From Candidatus Omnitrophota bacterium (GTDB taxonomy: Bacteria; Omnitrophota; Gorgyraeia; Gorgyraeales; Gorgyraeaceae), in the NCBI GenBank assembly GCA_043814965.1, contig JBDRJN010000006.1, forward strand, positions 71,838-135,837: a DNA stretch of 64,000 bases, in the 5' to 3' direction. Of this stretch, positions 48,414-56,408 are shown piece after piece. The translations under genes and the position numbers were made by a program. The notes below the pieces were generated by a model that was not told where the DNA came from, did not search any database, and saw only the letters and a list, made by a program, of their open reading frames with translations. Every line of letters begins with the position of its first letter. Position 1 is the stretch's first letter.

Positions 48414-49847
48414 ATGTTTTTAATATTTTTTTCATCGATACTTTTAGCGCTTAGTTTTTTCAGTTATAAATGCAGCCTTTTTGTCTTTATAGGGTTTGTC
48501 CCGCTCTTTTTTGCACTTCAGTCTAGATCAAGGATAAAGTCATTCTTTATATCATATCTTGCAGGATTCTTATTTTATCTTGGAGGGCTTTACTGGCTTT
48601 ATCATGTTACAGCCATTGGACTGATAATCATTTCTTTATATCTGGCGGTATATTTTGGTATATTCGGATTATTTTTTAATTATCTGGCCCGTACCCCGTA
48701 CCCCGTATCCCGCTGCCCCTGCCTTGCCGGCAGGCAGGTGTTACCCGTTACCCTTAATGTAGTGTCTATTCCACTCATATGGATATTACTTGAATACATC
48801 CAGAGCCGTCTATTTACAGGATTTGGATGGCTTCTTTTGGGCTACTCACAGTATAAAAATCTGCACTTTATACAGATAGCTGATCTTTTGGGTGTATGCG
48901 GAGTTTCATTTGTGATCATGGCAGTCAATTTTGCAATATATCAGTTGTTCAAAAGATCACTTAAAGAAACTATTATCATTATCTTAGTAGTATTCAGCAT
49001 AGTTAGTTATGGAAGGATAAGGCTTAATCAGGAATTCAAAAAAAAGGATATAGCTATCTCGGTCATACAGGGTAATATCCCGCAAGAACTAAAATGGGAT
49101 CCTAAGGCGACAGAGAGTATTTTTGAAAAATATTCAACCCTGACCAAAATAGCTGCGCTGGATAATACCGATCTTGTTGTCTGGCCGGAGACGTCATTGC
49201 CAGGCTTTTTTAGGAAAAATAAAGATATCACAGACAAAGTGTTGGGCCTGGCAAAAAAGTCTAATACGCCTATTTTGATAGGAGCCAATACGATAAAAGG
49301 TAACTACGAGAATTTCAATAGTGCTATTCTTATATCAGAAAATGGTAAGGTCATCGGAGAGTATGACAAGGTCCATCTGGTGCCTTTTGGAGAATATGTG
49401 CCGTTTTCAAAAAAGATACCAGCATTGCATGATCTGGTGTTAGGGGCTTTAGGGGAGTTTACTCCAGGACTGAAATATGAGATATTTACTTTAGGAGTAT
49501 CACCCGTCACCCGTACCCTGTCACCCGTACCCCGCAGCATCAAATTCGCTGTCTTAATATGCTTTGAAGACATATTTTCAGGGCTTGCAAGAAGGTTTGT
49601 TAAAGATGGAGCAGAATTTTTAATAGTCATTACAAATGATGGATGGTACGGTAATACCCCGGCTTCATTCCAGCATGCAGCATGTTCTGTATTTAGGGCA
49701 ATTGAAAATAGGGTAAGCGTTGTCAGGTGCGCTAATACAGGATATTCATGTTTTATAGACCCGCACGGCCGTATATATAGTGACGTAAGAGATAAAAATA
49801 CACCACTCTTTATAACAGGTCACAAGACCTCCATCGTAAAATACTAG
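48414..49847 (+). CDS. lnt: Apolipoprotein N-acyltransferase
   Basis: N-terminal multi-TM domain plus the C-terminal CN-hydrolase domain (DLVVWPETSLPGFF...FAVLICFEDIF...VITNDGWYGNT). It contains two GC-rich heptamer-repeat patches, reported separately. Confidence 0.8.
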   Translation: MFLIFFSSILLALSFFSYKCSLFVFIGFVPLFFALQSRSRIKSFFISYLAGFLFYLGGLYWLYHVTAIGLIIISLYLAVYFGIFGLFFNYLARTPYPVSRCPCLAGRQVLPVTLNVVSIPLIWILLEYIQSRLFTGFGWLLLGYSQYKNLHFIQIADLLGVCGVSFVIMAVNFAIYQLFKRSLKETIIIILVVFSIVSYGRIRLNQEFKKKDIAISVIQGNIPQELKWDPKATESIFEKYSTLTKIAALDNTDLVVWPETSLPGFFRKNKDITDKVLGLAKKSNTPILIGANTIKGNYENFNSAILISENGKVIGEYDKVHLVPFGEYVPFSKKIPALHDLVLGALGEFTPGLKYEIFTLGVSPVTRTLSPVPRSIKFAVLICFEDIFSGLARRFVKDGAEFLIVITNDGWYGNTPASFQHAACSVFRAIENRVSVVRCANTGYSCFIDPHGRIYSDVRDKNTPLFITGHKTSIVKY

Positions 49848-50528
49848 AGACGTTTTCCAACCCAATAAGGAAACTGTTTCTGGGCTAATCAGGAAGCTGT
49901 CCCTTGGATTGCTAGAGCATTGATCAGTCTTCCATTAGAAGTTATTTTTAAGACCCTTTCTTTGTAACTACTCCATTTGTATTCATATGGAGTAGTTACA
50001 ATATTTGCCCTTACAGGATTTAACTCAATATAAGTAAGACAATCTATCAAATACTTATCTTTAGTAATTATTTTGCTCTTGAATCTACCTTGCCAAAGAT
50101 ACCCAACTTTATTATATTTTTCATTAAAATAAGCTGTGTAGGAACGATTGAGTCCATGCATGAATTTTGATAAGTTTTTTTCTTTCTCTATTTGTCCGAT
50201 CATGTGTATATGGTTAGGCATTAAGCAAAAGCTATATAGCTTGAATTGGTACTTTACCTTGTAATGACTTATTCGTTTCAAATATTCTTCATAATCCAGG
50301 TTGCTTTTGAATATTACCTGCTTTTGATTACCTCTTGCGATTATGTGATAGCAGGAATTTTTTATTAGTAGTCTTGGCCCATTAGGCATGTTGACCTCCT
50401 TTTTGGTTTAGTGGCCCTTTACTATTATAGACAAATAAAAGTCCGGTTTTCTTTCAAAAATTTTTCAATATGACAGTTTCCCGATTGGGAAAAGGGCAGG
50501 TTCCCTAAGGGGTTGGAAAACGTCTCTA
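49847..50528. mobile_element. Small IS-like element of about 682 bp: a single Y1 HuH (RAYT/IS200-like) transposase gene flanked by perfect 18-bp terminal inverted repeats (AGAGACGTTTTCCAACCC ... GGGTTGGAAAACGTCTCT), with extended imperfect inverted-repeat similarity inward
   Basis: Left repeat 49847-49864 and right repeat 50511-50528. The inner segments cccaataaggaaactg and cagtttcccgattggg are also near-complementary. The element lies in the lnt-lysS intergenic region. Confidence 0.6.
49889..50389 (-). CDS. Y1 HuH transposase, REP-associated tyrosine transposase (RAYT) / IS200-like family
   Basis: HuH motif (LMPNHIHMI), the catalytic-Tyr helix motif (DCLTYIELNPVRANIV) and YHIIARGN near the N-terminus. 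The gene is collinear with RAYT / TnpA(IS200) family proteins. Confidence 0.75.
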   Translation of the reverse strand: MPNGPRLLIKNSCYHIIARGNQKQVIFKSNLDYEEYLKRISHYKVKYQFKLYSFCLMPNHIHMIGQIEKEKNLSKFMHGLNRSYTAYFNEKYNKVGYLWQGRFKSKIITKDKYLIDCLTYIELNPVRANIVTTPYEYKWSSYKERVLKITSNGRLINALAIQGTAS

Positions 50529-50587
50529 ATTCTATTGACACTATTATATATATAATATATAATTGACGAAATAAGGAGTATATATCT

Positions 50588-52030
50588 ATGTTAGAGATGA
50601 ATGAGTTTATTAAACAAAGACTTGATAAGTTAAGCGCTCTCAAGGAGATAGGTATCAATGCCTACGGAGAAAGGTTTGATAAGGCTTTGCCTATAGGAGA
50701 GCTGGCCAAGGATTTTGAAGAAGGAAAAGACATACAGACAGCTGGCAGGATCACCGCGCTCCGCGAACACGGCAAAAGCAGTTTTCTTGACTTAAAGGAT
50801 TCAAGCGGCAGGATACAGATCTATATAAAAGCCAGTAAGATCGGAGAAGACGCCTTTAATAATATATTTAAAAGATTAGATATAGGGGATATATTAGGGG
50901 TAAAGGGCGGGCTATTCAAGACCAAGACAGGGGAGACCACAATATTTGCTGATGAGATAACTTTACTTAGTAAAGGCCTTAGGCCTCTTCCGGAAAAATG
51001 GCATGGTTTAAAAGATGTAGAGATAAGATATCGTCAAAGGTATGTTGACTTGATAGTAAATGAAGACGTAAGAGAGGTCTTTAAGCTTAGAAGCAGGATC
51101 ATATCAAAGATAAGGAGTTATCTGGATAATAAAGGATTCCTGGAAGTAGAGACCCCTATGATGCAGTCTTTGTCTGGCGGAGCAGCAGGAGAGCCTTTTA
51201 AGACCCATCATAATGCCCTTGATGCAGATCTATACTTAAGGCTTGCGCCAGAACTTTATCTAAAAAGGCTTTTAGTAGGAGGATTGGACAAGGTATATGA
51301 ACTAAATAGGAATTTCAGGAATGAGGGCATATCTGTCCGTCACAACCCTGAGTTTACAATGCTAGAAGTATATGAGGCCTATTCTGATTGTTCAGGCATG
51401 ATGAAACTTACAGAGGACCTATTTAATCATATAGCAATGGATATACTGGGCACTTCGAAAATAAAGTTTAAAGACCAGGAGATAGACCTTACTCCGCCAT
51501 GGCCAAGATGGTCTTTTAGGGATGAGATCAAGAAGAGATATGATATCAATCCGGATGATCCCGCAAAAGCATGGATCGAGAAATTAAAAGCAAAGGGCAT
51601 GGATTTCAAGGGCAAGGATATAACAAGGTCCCAGATAGTCAATATAACAAGCGAGATGCTTGAACCTGAGATACAGGATAAGCCTATTTTCGTCACTGAC
51701 TTATTCGCAGAACTATGCCCTCTGGCAAAAAGGAAAAAAGGCGACCCTCTTCTTACTGACAGGTTTGAACTTTTTGTAGGCGGGATGGAGATAGCAAATG
51801 CCTATTCAGAGCTCAATGACCCCATAGAGCAGAAAAAGAGGTTCGAAGATCAACTGATAGGGCAGGAATCTGTCAAGAAGATAGACGAAGATTTTGTCAG
51901 GGCCCTTGAATATGGCATGCCTCCTGCAGGAGGGCTTGGGATAGGCATAGATAGATTTGTGATGCTATTGACTAATCAGCCATCGATCAGGGATGTAATT
52001 TTATTCCCTCAACTAAAACCAGAACAGTGA
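50588..52030 (+). CDS. lysS: Lysyl-tRNA synthetase (class II)
   Basis: N-terminal OB-fold anticodon-binding domain plus class II motifs (FLEVETPMMQ..., GGLGIGIDRFVMLL). An upstream promoter-like TTGACA ... TATATAAT is present. Confidence 0.9.
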   Translation: MLEMNEFIKQRLDKLSALKEIGINAYGERFDKALPIGELAKDFEEGKDIQTAGRITALREHGKSSFLDLKDSSGRIQIYIKASKIGEDAFNNIFKRLDIGDILGVKGGLFKTKTGETTIFADEITLLSKGLRPLPEKWHGLKDVEIRYRQRYVDLIVNEDVREVFKLRSRIISKIRSYLDNKGFLEVETPMMQSLSGGAAGEPFKTHHNALDADLYLRLAPELYLKRLLVGGLDKVYELNRNFRNEGISVRHNPEFTMLEVYEAYSDCSGMMKLTEDLFNHIAMDILGTSKIKFKDQEIDLTPPWPRWSFRDEIKKRYDINPDDPAKAWIEKLKAKGMDFKGKDITRSQIVNITSEMLEPEIQDKPIFVTDLFAELCPLAKRKKGDPLLTDRFELFVGGMEIANAYSELNDPIEQKKRFEDQLIGQESVKKIDEDFVRALEYGMPPAGGLGIGIDRFVMLLTNQPSIRDVILFPQLKPEQ

Positions 52031-53211
52031 TGTTATACGAACTTTGGATAAGTTATAGGTACTTAAATTCGAAACGCAAAGAAAAATTTATTTCTATCAT
52101 AAGCGTCATCTCTATACTTGGCATTGCAGTCGGAGTGATGGCATTGATAGTGGTCCTTGCAGTGATGAGCGGTTTTGATAAACAGCTTAAAGATAAGATC
52201 ATCGGGACCAATTCGCACCTAATAGTTGAAAGAGAAGGCGGTATAGAGGATTATGATTTTTTAGTCGAAAGGCTCAATTCTCTTCCTGGGGTAGCGTCAA
52301 GTTCGCCGTTTGTAAATGGCCAGGCGCTTATAAGAGAACAGGATAAGGTGATCGGTGTTGTATTAAGGGGCATAGACCCTGAAAGAGAAAGACAGGTCAC
52401 TAATATAGGAAAATATTTAGAAACAGGGTCTTTACCAAAAGACCCTGGGACAGTGCTGGTAGGAAGAGAGCTTGCCTGGAGGTTGAACTTAATAGTAGGC
52501 GGCAAGATTTCTTTGATATCAGCCGAGCACCCTAAGCCAAAAGAGTTTATAATATCAGGTATCTTTAATTCAGGGATGTTTGATTATGATATGAACCTTG
52601 TCTTTTCGAATCTGGCATCTTCTCAGGAATTTTACGGGGTAAATGGCCTGGCAGGCGGCATTGGAATAAGATTGCATGATGTAGATAGAGTAGATGAGGT
52701 AAAGAACATTATCCAGGAGACCATCGGCTATAGCTATTGGGTGTCAAGCTGGAAGGACCTAAACAAGAATTTATTCAGCGCGCTTCAACTTGAAAAGATA
52801 ACTATGTTTATAATACTTGCTTTAATAGTATTGGTAGCCTGTTTCAATATAGTATCTACGCTTATAATGATGGTAATGGAAAAGACAAAAGATATAGGCA
52901 TCTTGAAGGCCATAGGAAGCAAATCCTCTAGCATAAGAAAGATCTTTGTATTCAATGGATTTTTTATAGGTTTAGCAGGGACTGTCTTGGGAGGCTCTTG
53001 CGGAGTATTATTGTGCGTTCTCTTAGGGACTTACGGATTTGTAAAATTGCCGAGAGATATCTATTATATAGATAAGCTGCCTGTCAATTTGAACCCAATG
53101 GATATTTTTACAGTGGTATCCATAGCTATATTGATAAGTTTAGTCTCTACGCTGTATCCGGCTTATCAGGCTTCGAGGATGCAGCCTGTAGAGGCATTGA
53201 GATATGAATAA
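52030..53211 (+). CDS. lolC: Lipoprotein-release ABC permease LolC/LolE (FtsX-like)
   Basis: MacB/FtsX topology with the LolC/E N-terminal signature (YELWISYRYLNSKRKEKFISIISVISILGIAVGVMALIVVLAVMSGF). The ATG overlaps the lysS TGA (GTGATG). Confidence 0.75.
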   Translation: MLYELWISYRYLNSKRKEKFISIISVISILGIAVGVMALIVVLAVMSGFDKQLKDKIIGTNSHLIVEREGGIEDYDFLVERLNSLPGVASSSPFVNGQALIREQDKVIGVVLRGIDPERERQVTNIGKYLETGSLPKDPGTVLVGRELAWRLNLIVGGKISLISAEHPKPKEFIISGIFNSGMFDYDMNLVFSNLASSQEFYGVNGLAGGIGIRLHDVDRVDEVKNIIQETIGYSYWVSSWKDLNKNLFSALQLEKITMFIILALIVLVACFNIVSTLIMMVMEKTKDIGILKAIGSKSSSIRKIFVFNGFFIGLAGTVLGGSCGVLLCVLLGTYGFVKLPRDIYYIDKLPVNLNPMDIFTVVSIAILISLVSTLYPAYQASRMQPVEALRYE

Positions 53212-53216
53212 ATATT

Positions 53217-53879
53217 ATGCTGCGCGCTGATGAGATACGAAAGACATATAAAGAAGGTAAGATAGATATCCAGGTTTTAAGAGGAGTAAGCCTTGAAGTC
53301 AAAAAAGGAGAAAGACTTGCTATAGTAGGGCCTTCTGGGGCAGGGAAGTCAACGCTCTTACATATTTTAGGAGGTATAGACAAGCCAAGCTCTGGGAAAG
53401 TCTATCTATATGATTCGGATTTCTATTCACTGAGGGAACCTGAAAAGGCTAACCTCAGAAATAAAAAAATAGGTTTTGTATTCCAGTTCTACCACCTGCT
53501 GCATGAATTTACAGCGTTGGAAAATGTGATGTTATCAGGGTTGATAGGAAAAAGGAATAAAAACAGCTTGAAAAAAGAAGCATCTGGCATATTGAAAGAA
53601 TTTGGCCTTGAGGAAAGGGCCCATCATAGGCCAAGTGAGCTTTCCGGAGGGGAACAGCAGAGAGTAGCGATCGCAAGGTCTATTATAAATAGGCCTGATA
53701 TACTGTTGTGCGATGAGCCTACCGGGAACCTGGACTCTAAGATGGGAGAAGATATCCTAGGTATCTTATTTAGACTTAACGAGTCATATAAGACTAGCAT
53801 TGTTATCGTGACTCATGATAAAGAGGTAGCTAAAAAGACAGAGAGAATATTAGAGATCAGGGACGGAATGTTGCTATAA
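53217..53879 (+). CDS. lolD: Lipoprotein-release ABC ATPase LolD
   Basis: Walker A (GPSGAGKSTLL), the ABC signature (LSGGEQQRVAIAR), Walker B (ILLCDEPTGNLD) and a position adjacent to lolC. Confidence 0.8.
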   Translation: MLRADEIRKTYKEGKIDIQVLRGVSLEVKKGERLAIVGPSGAGKSTLLHILGGIDKPSSGKVYLYDSDFYSLREPEKANLRNKKIGFVFQFYHLLHEFTALENVMLSGLIGKRNKNSLKKEASGILKEFGLEERAHHRPSELSGGEQQRVAIARSIINRPDILLCDEPTGNLDSKMGEDILGILFRLNESYKTSIVIVTHDKEVAKKTERILEIRDGMLL

Positions 53880-53896
53880 AATAAACGGAGGGTCTT

Positions 53897-54769
53897 ATGG
53901 GTTCAAAAGTGTATATTAATGGTGAATATTTTGACAAAGAAAATGCCAAGATATCTGTTTTTGACCATGGCTTATTATATGGAGATGGCGTATTCGAGGG
54001 TATCCGTTCATACAATAGATCAGTCTTTAAATTAAAGGAGCATATAGACAGGCTCTATGAATCTGCCCATGGCATTATGCTGAAGATAGAACTCTCCAAA
54101 GACGCTATGACAAAGGCTGTAGTAGATACCTTGAGATTGAATAAACTAGATGATGCTTATATCAGGCTTATTGTAACGCGCGGCATAGGAGACCTGGGCC
54201 TTGACCCTAGAAAGTGTGAAAGGCCCTCAATTATAATCATCACGGATAAGATCTCTCTATATCCTCAAAAACTATATAAAGAAGGCCTTAAGCTTATTAC
54301 AGTGCCTACTCCCAGGAATATACCGGAGGCATTGAACCCTCAGATAAAATCCTTGAATTATCTTAATAACATCCTTGCTAAGATCGAGGGTATAAACAAT
54401 GGTTATGAAGAAGCGCTTATGTTCACTGCATCTGGGTATGTGGCAGAGTGTACAGGGGATAATATCTTCATTATAAATGGGAAAACTTTGATAACTCCTC
54501 CCGCATATCTTGGTATCTTAAAGGGTATTACAAGGGGATGTGTTATGGATCTAGGCAGGAAGATGAAGCTTGATGTAAAGGAAGGGATCTTGACAAGGCA
54601 CGATCTTTATATATCAGACGAGTGTTTTCTTACTGGCACTGCTGCTGAGATCATGCCGGTTGTGAGTATCGAAGAAAGAAAGATCGGCTCTGGAAAACCA
54701 GGAAAGATCACGCTGAGATTGATGGAAGAGTTCAAGGATCTGACAGGTACTACAGGAGTTAAATACTAG
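53897..54769 (+). CDS. ilvE: Branched-chain amino acid aminotransferase (PLP fold type IV)
   Basis: ISVFDHGLLYGDGVFEGIR...EALMF and a length of about 290 aa are typical of class IV BCAT/DAAT. It could equally be a D-amino-acid aminotransferase. Confidence 0.65.
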   Translation: MGSKVYINGEYFDKENAKISVFDHGLLYGDGVFEGIRSYNRSVFKLKEHIDRLYESAHGIMLKIELSKDAMTKAVVDTLRLNKLDDAYIRLIVTRGIGDLGLDPRKCERPSIIIITDKISLYPQKLYKEGLKLITVPTPRNIPEALNPQIKSLNYLNNILAKIEGINNGYEEALMFTASGYVAECTGDNIFIINGKTLITPPAYLGILKGITRGCVMDLGRKMKLDVKEGILTRHDLYISDECFLTGTAAEIMPVVSIEERKIGSGKPGKITLRLMEEFKDLTGTTGVKY

Positions 54770-54778
54770 GAGGCGCCA

Positions 54779-55303
54779 ATGGTTTGTGACATATGCGGAC
54801 AAGATCAGGCAACAGTCCACTTGACAGAGATCGTAGACGAGAAGATGACAGAGCTTCATCTGTGTGAAGGATGCGCTCAGAAAAAAGGCGCTCAGATGGA
54901 GAGTCATTTTGGTTTGGCAGATCTATTGGCTGGACTTGCTGATTTTGGCGGGACTCAATTTACTGATACACAGAAAGAAGCAAAGATAAAGTGCGCCAAA
55001 TGCGGGTTGACCTATGAAGATTTTAAAAAAGTAGGAAGGCTTGGGTGCGGGGAATGCTATTCAGCTTTTAAGGACGCTCTTGTGCCGCTTCTAAAGAGGA
55101 TACATGGCTCAAGCCAGCATTATGGAAAGTCTCCCAAGAAGATATCAAAGGCTTTAAAGGTCAATGAGATCAAAAACCACGAGACCAAAAATGAATTAAA
55201 AGACCTAAAAGAAAAACTTAAAAAAGCAGTACAGCTGGAAGAATTTGAAGAAGCGGCAAAGGTAAGGGACAAGATCAAAGAGATAGAAAAAAATAAAAAA
55301 TGA
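54779..55303 (+). CDS. mcsA: McsA-like protein: a Cys4 zinc-finger activator of protein arginine kinase, with a C-terminal UVR domain
   Basis: CDICG...CEGC and CAKCG...CGEC zinc-finger pairs, plus a C-terminal UvrB/C motif (LEEFEEAAKVRDKIKEIE). It sits immediately upstream of mcsB-clpC. Confidence 0.65.
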   Translation: MVCDICGQDQATVHLTEIVDEKMTELHLCEGCAQKKGAQMESHFGLADLLAGLADFGGTQFTDTQKEAKIKCAKCGLTYEDFKKVGRLGCGECYSAFKDALVPLLKRIHGSSQHYGKSPKKISKALKVNEIKNHETKNELKDLKEKLKKAVQLEEFEEAAKVRDKIKEIEKNKK

Positions 55304-55333
55304 CAGTTACGATCAAGACAAGAGGGCTTATTT

Positions 55334-56380
55334 ATGAAATTAGACGATCTATTGCATAGTCAAGGTGAATGGCTTCGGTCTACAGGGCCTAATTCTGATA
55401 TAGTTATATCTTCTAGGATAAGGCTTGCCAGGAACCTGGCGAAGTATCCCTTTAGCCATTGGGCCAGCAAGAAAGAACAGGAAGAAGTATTGAATATCTG
55501 TAAAGAGGCTATAAACTCTTCCAAGAAAATAAAGAATTCTTTGTACCTTGATATAGGCAAGCTTGATACAGTTGACAGGCAATTTTTGGTAGAGAGGCAT
55601 CTTATGAGCAAAGAACACAGTGTAGATGCTGATAATAAAGGGCTTTGCATAGGAGACAGGGAAGTCGTAAGCATTATGATAAACGAAGAAGACCATATGC
55701 GCATACAGGTCATGAAGTCAGGATTTGACCTTAGAGACGCGCTTTATATTATAAATGATGTCGACGATGAGCTCAGCTCTATTATTGAATATGCTTTTTC
55801 AATAAACTTCGGATACCTTACAGCTTGCCCTACAAATACAGGGACAGGCATGAGGGCATCTGTTATGCTGCATTTACCAAGCCTGGTCATGACAAAACAG
55901 ATCGGAAAAGTATTGCAGGCTATTACAAAGCTAAGCCTGACAGCGAGAGGTTTGTATGGCGAAGGCACAGAAGCAAGCGGCAATTTCTTCCAGATATCCA
56001 ATCAGGTATCGCTGGGGCAGAAAGAAGAGGATATCATAGATAATATAGAACGTATTATAAAACAGATAGTCGACCATGAGCATAGCGCTAGAGAAGCGCT
56101 TCTCTCTCAAAATAGGGCTGTCCTTGAGGACAGGATCTTTAGGGCATATGGTACGCTGAAAAGCGCTTATATAATCACATCTAACGAGACGATAGACCTT
56201 CTTTCACTTGTGAGGTTAGGGGTGGACCTGAATCTTTTAAAAGAGGTGGACAGGGCCTTGATAAATGAACTTTTTATAGTCACTCAACCCGCGCATTTGC
56301 AGAAAAATGAAAAGAAAAAACTTTCTCCGAATCTAAGAGATGTCAAAAGGGCAGAACTTATCAGGGAAAAAATATCATAA
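55334..56380 (+). CDS. mcsB: Protein arginine kinase McsB (ATP:guanido phosphotransferase)
   Basis: Phosphagen-kinase active-site motif CPTNTGTGMRASVMLHLP and the conserved RIRLARN region. Confidence 0.8.
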   Translation: MKLDDLLHSQGEWLRSTGPNSDIVISSRIRLARNLAKYPFSHWASKKEQEEVLNICKEAINSSKKIKNSLYLDIGKLDTVDRQFLVERHLMSKEHSVDADNKGLCIGDREVVSIMINEEDHMRIQVMKSGFDLRDALYIINDVDDELSSIIEYAFSINFGYLTACPTNTGTGMRASVMLHLPSLVMTKQIGKVLQAITKLSLTARGLYGEGTEASGNFFQISNQVSLGQKEEDIIDNIERIIKQIVDHEHSAREALLSQNRAVLEDRIFRAYGTLKSAYIITSNETIDLLSLVRLGVDLNLLKEVDRALINELFIVTQPAHLQKNEKKKLSPNLRDVKRAELIREKIS

Positions 56381-56408
56381 GATTTACTAATATTATAGGA
56401 GGTTCAAG

